Source: Auanema rhodensis
Taxonomy: Eukaryota > Animalia > Nematoda
Reading direction: 5' to 3'
NCBI GenBank assembly: GCA_964057225.1
Contig: OZ059894.1
Span: forward strand, 806,001-870,000
DNA: 64,000 bases
Made by a program: the position numbers and the translations under genes. Below the pieces are notes generated by a model. That model saw only the letters and a program-made list of their open reading frames with translations. It did no database searches and was not told the origin of the DNA. Within the stretch, counting starts at the first letter, position 1, and each line of letters opens with the position of its first letter. This document shows positions 14,001 through 28,500 of the stretch, piece after piece.

Positions 14001-16017
14001 AAATTTCAAAGTCATGGTTACCATGAACCAATATCAATAAAAATTTGTTTTTAGACTAATATGGACATGGGGAATCTAATTTTGAAAACCGCATCTCTTT
14101 ATCTTTCACGTGAAGCGAGTTACATACCAAGTGCACATCACGTGTACATTTAATTAGCATAAATTAAAGTTCACGTAAATTTCAAAGTCATGGTTACCAT
14201 GAACCAATATCAATAAAAATTTGTTTTTAGACTAATATGGACATGGGGAATCTAATTTTGAAAACCGCATCTCTTTATCTTTCACGTGAAGCGAGTTACA
14301 TACCAAGTGCACATCACGTGTACATTTAATTAGCATAAATTAAAGTTCACGTAAATTTCAAAGTCATGGTTACCATGCAACAATATCAATAAAAATTTGT
14401 TTTTAGACTAATATGGAGATGGGGAATCTAATTTTGAAAACCGCATCTCTTTATCTTTCACGTGAAGCGAGTTACATACCAAGTGCACATCACGTGTACA
14501 TTTAATTAGCATAAATTAAAGTTCACGTAAATTTCAAAGTCATGGTTACCATGCAACAATATCAATAAAAATTTGTTTTTAGACTAATATGGAGATGGGG
14601 AATCTAATTTTGAAAACCGCATCTCTTTATCTTTCACGTGAAGCGAGTTACATACCAAGTGCACATCACGTGTACATTTAATTAGCATAAATTAAAGTTC
14701 ACGTAAATTTCAAAGTCATGGTTACCATGATCCAATATCAATAAAAATTTGTTTTTAGACTAATATGGACATGGGGAATCTAATTTTGAAAACCGCATCT
14801 CTTTATCTTTCACGTGAAGCGAGTTACATACCAAGTGCACATGACGTGTACATTTAATTAGCATAAATTAAAGTTCACGTAAATTTCAAAGACATGGTTA
14901 CCATGAACCAATATCAATGAAAATTTGTTTTTAGACTAATATGGACATGGGGAATCTAATTTTGAAAACCGCATCTCTTCATCTTTCACGTGAAGCGAGT
15001 TACATATCAAGTGCACATCACGTGTACATTTAATTAGCATAAATTAAAGTTCACGTAAATTTCAAAGTCATGGTTACCATGAACCAATATCAATAAAAAT
15101 TTGTTTTTAGACTAATATGGACATGGGGAATCTAATTTTGAAAACCGCATCTCTTTATCTTTCACGTGAAGCGAGTTACATACGAAGTGCACATCACGTG
15201 TACATTTAATTAGCATAAATTAAAGTTCACGTAAATTTCAAAGTCATGGTTACCATGATCCAATATCAATAAAAATTTGTTTTTAGACTAATATGGACAT
15301 GGGGAATCTAATTTTGAAAACCGCATCTCTTTATCTTTCACGTGAAGCGAGTTACATACCAAGTGCACATCACGTGTACATTTAATTAGCATAAATTAAA
15401 GTTCACGTAAATTTCAAAGTCATGGTTACCATGCAACAATATCAATAAAAATTTGTTTTTAGACTAATATGGAGATGGGGAATCTAATTTTGAAAACCGC
15501 ATCTCTTTATCTTTCACGTGAAGCGAGTTACATACCAAGTGCACATCACGTGTACATTTAATTAGCATAAATTAAAGTTCACGTAAATTTCAAAGTCATG
15601 GTTACCATGATCCAATATCAATAAAAATTTGTTTTTAGACTAATATGGACATGGGGAATCTAATTTTGAAAACCGCATCTCTTTATCTTTCACGTGAAGC
15701 GAGTTACATACCAAGTGCACATCACGTGTACATTTAATTAGCATAAATTAAAGTTCACGTAAATTTCAAAGTCATGGTTACCATGAACCAATATCAATAA
15801 AAATTTGTTTTTAGACTAATATGGACATGGGGAATCTAATTTTGAAAACCGCATCTCTTTATCTTTCACGTGAAGCGAGTTACATACCAAGTGCACATCA
15901 CGTGTACATTTAATTAGCATAAATTAAAGTTCACGTAAATTTCAAAGTCATGGTTACCATGAACCAATATCAATAAAAATTTGTTTTTAGACTAATATGG
16001 ACATGGGGAATCTAATT
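11090..16017 (+). repeat. Higher-order domain 2: block repeated at a 12-monomer (2112 bp) offset
   Basis: The run gcaacaat/gagat x2, gatcc, then catgacgtg+agacatgg+aatgaaa ends in the monomers at 12674 and 14786. The gcaacaat, atgatcc and catgacgtg alleles were not seen elsewhere in the window. Confidence 0.8.
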
Positions 16018-19000
16018 TTGAAAACCGCATCTCTTTATCTTTCACGTGAAGCGAGTTACATACCAAGTGCACATCACGTGTACATTTAATTAGCATAAAT
16101 TAAAGTTCACGTAAATTTCAAACTCATGGTTACCATGCACCAATATCAATAAAAATTTGTTTTTAGACTAATATGGACATGGGGAATCTAATTTTGAAAA
16201 CCGCATCTCTTTATCTTTCACGTGAAGCGAGTTACATACCAAGTGCACATCACGTGTACATTTAATTAGCATAAATTAAAGTTCACGTAAATTTCAAAGT
16301 CATGGTTACCATGCACCAATATCAATAAAAATTTGTTTTTAGACTAATATGGACATGGGGAATCTAATTTTGGAAACCGCATCTCTTTGTCTTTCACGTG
16401 AAGCGAGTTACATACCAAGTGCACATCACGTGTACATTTAATTAGCATAAATTAAAGTTCACGTAATTTTCAAAGACATGGTTACCATGAACCAATATCA
16501 ATAAAAATTTGTTTTTAGACTAATATGGACATGGGGAATCTAATTTTGAAAACCGCATCTCTTTATCTTTCACGTGAAGCGAGTTACATACCAAGTGCAC
16601 ATCACGTGTACATTTAATTAGCATAAATTAAAGTTCACGTAAATTTCAAAATCATGGTTACCATGAATTAATATCAATAAAAATTTGTTTTTAGACTAAT
16701 ATGGACATGAGGATTCTAATTTTGAAAACCGCATCTCTTTATCTTTCACGTGAAGCGAGTTACATACCAAGTGCACATCACGTGTACATTTAATTAGCAT
16801 AAATTAAAGTTCACGTAAATTTCAAAGTCATGGTTACCATGAACCAATATCAATAAAAATTTGTTTTTAGACTAATATGGACATGGGGAATCTAATTTTG
16901 AAAACCGCATCTCTTTATCTTTCACGTGAAGCGAGTTACATACCAAGTGCACATCACGTGTACATTTAATTAGCATAAATTAAAGTTCACGTAAATTTCA
17001 AAGTCATGGTTACCATGAACCAATATCAATAAAAATTTGTTTTTCGACTAATATGGACATGGGGAATCTAATTTTGGAAACCGCATCTCTTTATCTTTCA
17101 TGTGAAGCGAGTTACATACCAAGTGCACATCACGTGTACATTTAATTAGCATAAATTAAAGTTCACGTAAATTTCAAAGTCATGGTTACCATGACCCAAT
17201 ATCAATAAAAATTTGTTTTTAGACTAATATGGACATGGGGAATCTAATTTTGAAAACCGCATCTCTTTATCTTTCACGTGAAGCGAGTTACATACCAAGT
17301 GCACATCACGTGTACATTTAATTAGCATAAATTAAAGTTCACGTAATTTTCAAAGACATGGTTACCATGAACCAATATCAATAAAAATTTGTTTTTAGAC
17401 TAATATGGACATGGGGAATCTAATTTTGAAAACCGCATCTCTTTATCTTTCACGTGAAGCGAGTTACATACCAAGTGCACATCACGTGTACATTTAATTA
17501 GCATAAATTAAAGTTCACGTAAATTTCAAAATCATGGTTACCATGAACCAATATCAATAAAAATTTGTTTTTAGACTAATATGGACATGAGGATTCTAAT
17601 TTTGAAAACCGCATCTCTTTATCTTTCACGTGAAGCGAGTTACATACCAAGTGCACATCACGTGTACATTTAATTAGCATGAATTAAAGTTCACGTAAAT
17701 TTCAAAGTCATGGTTACCATGAACCAATATCAATAAAAATTTGTTTTTAGACTAATATGGACATGGGGAATCTAATTTTGAAAACCGCATCTCTTCATCT
17801 TTCACGTGAAGCGAGTTACATACCAAGTGCACATCACGTGTACATTCAATTAGCATAAATTAAAGTTCACGTAAATTTCAAACTCATGGTTACCATGCAC
17901 CAATATCAATAAAAATTTGTTTTTAGACTAATATGGACATGGGGAATCTAATTTTGAAAACCGCATCTCTTTATCTTTCACGTGAAGCGAGTTACATACC
18001 AAGTGCACATCACGTGTACATTTAATTAGCATAAATTAAAGTTCACGTAAATTTCAAAATCATGGTTACCATGAATTAATATCAATAAAAATTTGTTTTT
18101 AGACTAATATGGACATGAGGATTCTAATTTTGAAAACCGCATCTCTTTATCTTTCACGTGAAGCGAGTTACATACCAAGTGCACATCACGTGTACATTTA
18201 ATTAGCATGAATTAAAGTTCACGTAAATTTCAAAGTCATGGTTACCATGAACCAATATCAATAAAAATTTGTTTTTAGACTAATATGGACATGGGGAATC
18301 TAATTTTGAAAACCGCATCTCTTTATCTTTCACGTGAAGCGAGTTACATACCAAGTGCACATCACGTGTACATTTAATTAGCATAAATTAAAGTTCACGT
18401 AAATTTCAAACTCATGGTTACCATGCACCAATATCAATAAAAATTTGTTTTTAGACTAATATGGACATGGGGAATCTAATTTTGAAAACCGCATCTCTTT
18501 ATCTTTCACGTGAAGCGAGTTACATACCAAGTGCACATCACGTGTACATTTAATTAGCATAAATTAAAGTTCACGTAAATTTCAAAGTCATGGTTACCAT
18601 GCACCAATATCAATAAAAATTTGTTTTTAGACTAATATGGACATGGGGAATCTAATTTTGGAAACCGCATCTCTTTGTCTTTCACGTGAAGCGAGTTACA
18701 TACCAAGTGCACATCACGTGTACATTTAATTAGCATAAATTAAAGTTCACGTAATTTTCAAAGACATGGTTACCATGAACCAATATCAATAAAAATTTGT
18801 TTTTAGACTAATATGGACATGGGGAATCTAATTTTGAAAACCGCATCTCTTTATCTTTCACGTGAAGCGAGTTACATACCAAGTGCACATCACGTGTACA
18901 TTTAATTAGCATAAATTAAAGTTCACGTAAATTTCAAAATCATGGTTACCATGAATTAATATCAATAAAAATTTGTTTTTAGACTAATATGGACATGAGG

Positions 19001-20593
19001 ATTCTAATTTTGAAAACCGCATCTCTTTATCTTTCACGTGAAGCGAGTTACATACCAAGTGCACATCACGTGTACATTTAATTAGCATAAATTAAAGTTC
19101 ACGTAAATTTCAAAGTCATGGTTACCATGAACCAATATCAATAAAAATTTGTTTTTAGACTAATATGGACATGGGGAATCTAATTTTGAAAACCGCATCT
19201 CTTTATCTTTCACGTGAAGCGAGTTACATACCAAGTGCACATCACGTGTACATTTAATTAGCATAAATTAAAGTTCACGTAAATTTCAAAGTCATGGTTA
19301 CCATGAACCAATATCAATAAAAATTTGTTTTTCGACTAATATGGACATGGGGAATCTAATTTTGGAAACCGCATCTCTTTATCTTTCATGTGAAGCGAGT
19401 TACATACCAAGTGCACATCACGTGTACATTTAATTAGCATAAATTAAAGTTCACGTAAATTTCAAAGTCATGGTTACCATGACCCAATATCAATAAAAAT
19501 TTGTTTTTAGACTAATATGGACATGGGGAATCTAATTTTGAAAACCGCATCTCTTTATCTTTCACGTGAAGCGAGTTACATACCAAGTGCACATCACGTG
19601 TACATTTAATTAGCATAAATTAAAGTTCACGTAATTTTCAAAGACATGGTTACCATGAACCAATATCAATAAAAATTTGTTTTTAGACTAATATGGACAT
19701 GGGGAATCTAATTTTGAAAACCGCATCTCTTTATCTTTCACGTGAAGCGAGTTACATACCAAGTGCACATCACGTGTACATTTAATTAGCATAAATTAAA
19801 GTTCACGTAAATTTCAAAATCATGGTTACCATGAACCAATATCAATAAAAATTTGTTTTTAGACTAATATGGACATGAGGATTCTAATTTTGAAAACCGC
19901 ATCTCTTTATCTTTCACGTGAAGCGAGTTACATACCAAGTGCACATCACGTGTACATTTAATTAGCATGAATTAAAGTTCACGTAAATTTCAAAGTCATG
20001 GTTACCATGAACCAATATCAATAAAAATTTGTTTTTAGACTAATATGGACATGGGGAATCTAATTTTGAAAACCGCATCTCTTCATCTTTCACGTGAAGC
20101 GAGTTACATACCAAGTGCACATCACGTGTACATTCAATTAGCATAAATTAAAGTTCACGTAAATTTCAAACTCATGGTTACCATGCACCAATATCAATAA
20201 AAATTTGTTTTTAGACTAATATGGACATGGGGAATCTAATTTTGAAAACCGCATCTCTTTATCTTTCACGTGAAGCGAGTTACATACCAAGTGCACATCA
20301 CGTGTACATTTAATTAGCATAAATTAAAGTTCACGTAAATTTCAAAATCATGGTTACCATGAATTAATATCAATAAAAATTTGTTTTTAGACTAATATGG
20401 ACATGAGGATTCTAATTTTGAAAACCGCATCTCTTTATCTTTCACGTGAAGCGAGTTACATACCAAGTGCACATCACGTGTACATTTAATTAGCATGAAT
20501 TAAAGTTCACGTAAATTTCAAAGTCATGGTTACCATGAACCAATATCAATAAAAATTTGTTTTTAGACTAATATGGACATGGGGAATCTAATT
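16018..20593 (+). repeat. Tandem duplication of a 13-monomer (2288 bp) unit
   Basis: ctctttGtct at 16389 and 18677, ttcaTgtg at 17101 and 19389. The intervening variants are in the same order. Confidence 0.9.
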
Positions 20594-22529
20594 TTGAAAA
20601 CCGCATCTCTTTATCTTTCACGTGAAGCGAGTTACATACCAAGTGCACATCACGTGTACATTCAATTAGCATAAATTAAAGTTCACGTAAATTTCAAACT
20701 CATGGTTACCATGCACCAATATCAATAAAAATTTGTTTTTAGACTAATATGGACATGGGGAATCTAATTTTGAAAACCGCATCTCTTTATCTTTCACGTG
20801 AAGCGAGTTACATACCAAGTGCACATCACGTGTACATTTAATTAGCATAAATTAAAGTTCACGTAAATTTCAAAATCATGGTTACCATGAATTAATATCA
20901 ATAAAAATTTGTTTTTAGACTAATATGGACATGAGGATTCTAATTTTGAAAACCGCATCTCTTTATCTTTCACGTGAAGCGAGTTACATACCAAGTGCAC
21001 ATCACGTGCACATTTAATTAGCATAAATTAAAGTTCACGTAAATTTCAAAGTCATGGTTACCATGAACCAATATCAATAAAAATTTGTTTTTAGACTAAT
21101 ATGGACATGGGGAATCTAATTTTGAAAACCGCATCTCTTTATCTTTCACGTGAAGCGAGTTACATACCAAGTGCACATCACGTGTACATTTAATTAGCAT
21201 AAATTAAAGTTCACGTAAATTTCAAAGTCATGGTTACCATGAACCAATATCAATAAAAATTTGTTTTTAGACTAATATGGACATGGGGAATCTAATTTTG
21301 AAAACCGCATCTCTTTATCTTTCACGTGAAGCGAGTTACATACCAAGTGCACATCACGTGTACATTTAATTAGCATGAATTAAAGTTCACGTAAATTTCA
21401 AAGTCATGGTTACCATGCACCAATATCAATAAAAATTTGTTTTTAGACTAATATGGACATGGGGAATCTAATTTTGAAAACCGCATCTCTTTATCTTTCA
21501 CGTGAAGCGAGTTACATACCAAGTGCACATCACGTGTACATTTAATTAGCATGAATTAAAGTTCACGTAAATTTCAAAGTCATGGTTACCATGAACCAAT
21601 ATCAATAAAAATTTGTTTTTAGACTAATATGGACATGGGGAATCTAATTTTGAAAACCGCATCTCTTTATCTTTCACGTGAAGCGAGTTACATACCAAGT
21701 GCACATCACGTGTACATTTAATTAGCATAAATTAAAGTTCACGTAAATTTCAAAGTCATGGTTACCATGAACCAATATCAATAAAAATTTGTTTTTAGAC
21801 TAATATGGACATGGGGAATCTAATTTTGAAAACCGCATCTCTTTATCTTTCACGTGAAGCGAGTTACATACCAAGTGCACATCACGTGTACATTTAATTA
21901 GCATAAATTAAAGTTCACGTAAATTTCAAAGTCATGGTTACCATGACCCAATATCAATAAAAATTTGTTTTTAGACTAATATGGACATGGGGAATCTAAT
22001 TTCGAAAACCGCATCTCTTTATCTTTCACGTGAAGCGAGTTACATACCAAGTGCACATCACGTGTACATTTAATTAGCATAAATTAAAGTTCACGTAATT
22101 TTCAAAGACATGGTTACCATGAACCAATATCAATAAAAATTTGTTTTTAGACTAATATGGACATGGGGAATCTAATTTTGAAAACCGCATCTCTTTATCT
22201 TTCACGTGAAGCGAGTTACATACCAAGTGCACATCACGTGTACATTTAATTAGCATAAATTAAAGTTCACGTAAATTTCAAAATCATGGTTACCATGAAC
22301 CAATATCAATAAAAATTTGTTTTTAGACTAATATGGACATGAGGATTCTAATTTTGAAAACCGCATCTCTTTATCTTTCACGTGAAGCGAGTTACATACC
22401 AAGTGCACATCACGTGTACATTTAATTAGCATGAATTAAAGTTCACGTAAATTTCAAAGTCATGGTTACCATGAACCAATATCAATAAAAATTTGTTTTT
22501 AGACTAATATGGACATGGGGAATCTAATT

Positions 22530-25500
22530 TTGAAAACCGCATCTCTTTATCTTTCACGTGAAGCGAGTTACATACCAAGTGCACATCACGTGTACATTTA
22601 ATTAGCATGAATTAAAGTTCACGTAAATTTCAAAGTCATGGTTACCATGAACCAATATCAATAAAAATTTGTTTTTAGACTAATATGGACATGGGGAATC
22701 TAATTTTGAAAACCGCATCTCTTTATCTTTCACGTGAAGCGAGTTACATACCAAGTGCACATCACGTGTACATTTAATTAGCATAAATTAAAGTTCACGT
22801 AAATTTCAAAGTCATGGTTACCATGAACCAATATCAATAAAAATTTGTTTTTAGACTAATATGGACATGGGGAATCTAATTTTGAAAACCGCATCTCTTC
22901 ATCTTTCACGTGAAGCGAGTTACATACCAAGTGCACATCACGTGTACATTCAATTAGCATAAATTAAAGTTCACGTAAATTTCAAACTCATGGTTACCAT
23001 GCACCAATATCAATAAAAATTTGTTTTTAGACTAATATGGACATGGGGAATCTAATTTTGAAAACCGCATCTCTTTATCTTTCACGTGAAGCGAGTTACA
23101 TACCAAGTGCACATCACGTGTACATTTAATTAGCATAAATTAAAGTTCACGTAAATTTCAAAATCATGGTTACCATGAATTAATATCAATAAAAATTTGT
23201 TTTTAGACTAATATGGACATGAGGATTCTAATTTTGAAAACCGCATCTCTTTATCTTTCACGTGAAGCGAGTTACATACCAAGTGCACATCACGTGTACA
23301 TTTAATTAGCATAAATTAAAGTTCACGTAAATTTTAAAGTCATGGTTACCATAAACCAATATCAATAAAAATTTGTTTTCAGACCAATATGGACATGAAG
23401 AATCTAATTTTGAGAACCGCATCTCTTTATCTTTTACGTGAAGCGAGTTACATACCAAGTGCACATCACGTGTACATTTAATTAGCATAAATTAAAGTTC
23501 ACGTAAATTTTAAAGTCATGGTTACCATGAACCAATATCAATAAAAATTTGTTTTTCGACTAATATGGACATGGGGAATCTAATTTTGAAAACCGCATCT
23601 CTTTATCTTTCACGTGAAGCGAGTTACATACCAAGTGCACATCACGTGTACATTTAATTAGCATAAATTAAAGTTCACGTAAAATTTAAAGTCATGGTTA
23701 CCATGAACCAATATCAATAAAAATTTGTTTTCAGACTAATATGGACATGGGGAATCTAATTTTGAAAACCGCATCTCTTTATCTTTCACGTGAAGCGAGT
23801 TACATACCAAGTGCACATCACGTGTACATTTAATTAGCATAAATTAAAGTTCACGTAAATTTCAAAGTCATGGTTACCATGCACCAATATCAATAAAAAT
23901 TTGTTTTTAGACTAATATGGACATGGGGAATCTAATTTTGAAAACCGCATCTCTTTATCTTTCACGTGAAGCGAGTTACATACCAAGTGCACATCACGTG
24001 TACATTTAATTAGCATAAATTAAAGTTCACGTAAATTTCAAAGTCATGGTTACCATGAACCAATATCAATAAAAATTTGTTTTTAGACTAATATGGACAT
24101 GGGGAATCTAATTTTGAAAACCGCATCTCTTTATCTTTCACGTGAAGCGAGTTACATACCAAGTGCACATCACGTGTACATTTAATTAGCATGAATTAAA
24201 GTTCACGTAAATTTCAAAGTCATGGTTACCATGAACCAATATCAATAAAAATTTGTTTTTAGACTAATATGGACATGGGGAATCTAATTTTGAAAACCGC
24301 ATCTCTTTATCTTTCACGTGAAGCGAGTTACATACCAAGTGCACATCACGTGTACATTTAATTAGCATAAATTAAAGTTCACGTAAATTTCAAAGTCATG
24401 GTTACCATGAACCAATATCAATAAAAATTTGTTTTTAGACTAATATGGACATGGGGAATCTAATTTTGAAAACCGCATCTCTTCATCTTTCACGTGAAGC
24501 GAGTTACATACCAAGTGCACATCACGTGTACATTCAATTAGCATAAATTAAAGTTCACGTAAATTTCAAACTCATGGTTACCATGCACCAATATCAATAA
24601 AAATTTGTTTTTAGACTAATATGGACATGGGGAATCTAATTTTGAAAACCGCATCTCTTTATCTTTCACGTGAAGCGAGTTACATACCAAGTGCACATCA
24701 CGTGTACATTTAATTAGCATAAATTAAAGTTCACGTAAATTTCAAAATCATGGTTACCATGAATTAATATCAATAAAAATTTGTTTTTAGACTAATATGG
24801 ACATGAGGATTCTAATTTTGAAAACCGCATCTCTTTATCTTTCACGTGAAGCGAGTTACATACCAAGTGCACATCACGTGTACATTTAATTAGCATAAAT
24901 TAAAGTTCACGTAAATTTCAAAATCATGGTTACCATGAATTAATATCAATAAAAATTTGTTTTTAGACTAATATGGACATGAGGATTCTAATTTTGAAAA
25001 CCGCATCTCTTTATCTTTCACGTGAAGCGAGTTACATACCAAGTGCACATCACGTGTACATTTAATTAGCATAAATTAAAGTTCACGTAAATTTTAAAGT
25101 CATGGTTACCATAAACCAATATCAATAAAAATTTGTTTTCAGACCAATATGGACATGAAGAATCTAATTTTGAGAACCGCATCTCTTTATCTTTTACGTG
25201 AAGCGAGTTACATACCAAGTGCACATCACGTGTACATTTAATTAGCATAAATTAAAGTTCACGTAAATTTTAAAGTCATGGTTACCATGAACCAATATCA
25301 ATAAAAATTTGTTTTTCGACTAATATGGACATGGGGAATCTAATTTTGAAAACCGCATCTCTTTATCTTTCACGTGAAGCGAGTTACATACCAAGTGCAC
25401 ATCACGTGTACATTTAATTAGCATAAATTAAAGTTCACGTAAAATTTAAAGTCATGGTTACCATGAACCAATATCAATAAAAATTTGTTTTCAGACTAAT

Positions 25501-28500
25501 ATGGACATGGGGAATCTAATTTTGAAAACCGCATCTCTTTATCTTTCACGTGAAGCGAGTTACATACCAAGTGCACATCACGTGTACATTTAATTAGCAT
25601 AAATTAAAGTTCACGTAAATTTCAAAGTCATGGTTACCATGCACCAATATCAATAAAAATTTGTTTTTAGACTAATATGGACATGGGGAATCTAATTTTG
25701 AAAACCGCATCTCTTTATCTTTCACGTGAAGCGAGTTACATACCAAGTGCACATCACGTGTACATTTAATTAGCATAAATTAAAGTTCACGTAAATTTCA
25801 AAGTCATGGTTACCATGAACCAATATCAATAAAAATTTGTTTTTAGACTAATATGGACATGGGGAATCTAATTTTGAAAACCGCATCTCTTTATCTTTCA
25901 CGTGAAGCGAGTTACATACCAAGTGCACATCACGTGTACATTTAATTAGCATGAATTAAAGTTCACGTAAATTTCAAAGTCATGGTTACCATGAACCAAT
26001 ATCAATAAAAATTTGTTTTTAGACTAATATGGACATGGGGAATCTAATTTTGAAAACCGCATCTCTTTATCTTTCACGTGAAGCGAGTTACATACCAAGT
26101 GCACATCACGTGTACATTTAATTAGCATAAATTAAAGTTCACGTAAATTTCAAAGTCATGGTTACCATGAACCAATATCAATAAAAATTTGTTTTTAGAC
26201 TAATATGGACATGGGGAATCTAATTTTGAAAACCGCATCTCTTCATCTTTCACGTGAAGCGAGTTACATACCAAGTGCACATCACGTGTACATTCAATTA
26301 GCATAAATTAAAGTTCACGTAAATTTCAAACTCATGGTTACCATGCACCAATATCAATAAAAATTTGTTTTTAGACTAATATGGACATGGGGAATCTAAT
26401 TTTGAAAACCGCATCTCTTTATCTTTCACGTGAAGCGAGTTACATACCAAGTGCACATCACGTGTACATTTAATTAGCATAAATTAAAGTTCACGTAAAT
26501 TTCAAAATCATGGTTACCATGAATTAATATCAATAAAAATTTGTTTTTAGACTAATATGGACATGAGGATTCTAATTTTGAAAACCGCATCTCTTTATCT
26601 TTCACGTGAAGCGAGTTACATACCAAGTGCACATCACGTGTACATTTAATTAGCATAAATTAAAGTTCACGTAAATTTTAAAGTCATGGTTACCATAAAC
26701 CAATATCAATAAAAATTTGTTTTCAGACCAATATGGACATGAAGAATCTAATTTTGAGAACCGCATCTCTTTATCTTTTACGTGAAGCGAGTTACATACC
26801 AAGTGCACATCACGTGTACATTTAATTAGCATAAATTAAAGTTCACGTAAATTTTAAAGTCATGGTTACCATGAACCAATATCAATAAAAATTTGTTTTT
26901 CGACTAATATGGACATGGGGAATCTAATTTTGAAAACCGCATCTCTTTATCTTTCACGTGAAGCGAGTTACATACCAAGTGCACATCACGTGTACATTTA
27001 ATTAGCATAAATTAAAGTTCACGTAAAATTTAAAGTCATGGTTACCATGAACCAATATCAATAAAAATTTGTTTTCAGACTAATATGGACATGGGGAATC
27101 TAATTTTGAAAACCGCATCTCTTTATCTTTCACGTGAAGCGAGTTACATACCAAGTGCACATCACGTGTACATTTAATTAGCATGAATTAAAGTTCACGT
27201 AAATTTCAAAGTCATGGTTACCATGAACCAATATCAATAAAAATTTGTTTTTAGACTAATATGGACATGGGGAATCTAATTTTGAAAACCGCATCTCTTT
27301 ATCTTTCACGTGAAGCGAGTTACATACCAAGTGCACATCACGTGTACATTTAATTAGCATAAATTAAAGTTCACGTAAATTTCAAAGTCATGGTTACCAT
27401 GAACCAATATCAATAAAAATTTGTTTTTAGACTAATATGGACATGGGGAATCTAATTTTGAAAACCGCATCTCTTCATCTTTCACGTGAAGCGAGTTACA
27501 TACCAAGTGCACATCACGTGTACATTCAATTAGCATAAATTAAAGTTCACGTAAATTTCAAACTCATGGTTACCATGCACCAATATCAATAAAAATTTGT
27601 TTTTAGACTAATATGGACATGGGGAATCTAATTTTGAAAACCGCATCTCTTTATCTTTCACGTGAAGCGAGTTACATACCAAGTGCACATCACGTGTACA
27701 TTTAATTAGCATAAATTAAAGTTCACGTAAATTTCAAAATCATGGTTACCATGAATTAATATCAATAAAAATTTGTTTTTAGACTAATATGGACATGAGG
27801 ATTCTAATTTTGAAAACCGCATCTCTTTATCTTTCACGTGAAGCGAGTTACATACCAAGTGCACATCACGTGTACATTTAATTAGCATAAATTAAAGTTC
27901 ACGTAAATTTTAAAGTCATGGTTACCATAAACCAATATCAATAAAAATTTGTTTTCAGACCAATATGGACATGAAGAATCTAATTTTGAGAACCGCATCT
28001 CTTTATCTTTTACGTGAAGCGAGTTACATACCAAGTGCACATCACGTGTACATTTAATTAGCATAAATTAAAGTTCACGTAAATTTTAAAGTCATGGTTA
28101 CCATGAACCAATATCAATAAAAATTTGTTTTTCGACTAATATGGACATGGGGAATCTAATTTTGAAAACCGCATCTCTTTATCTTTCACGTGAAGCGAGT
28201 TACATACCAAGTGCACATCACGTGTACATTTAATTAGCATAAATTAAAGTTCACGTAAAATTTAAAGTCATGGTTACCATGAACCAATATCAATAAAAAT
28301 TTGTTTTCAGACTAATATGGACATGGGGAATCTAATTTTGAAAACCGCATCTCTTTATCTTTCACGTGAAGCGAGTTACATACCAAGTGCACATCACGTG
28401 TACATTTAATTAGCATAAATTAAAGTTCACGTAAATTTCAAAGTCATGGTTACCATGCACCAATATCAATAAAAATTTGTTTTTAGACTAATATGGACAT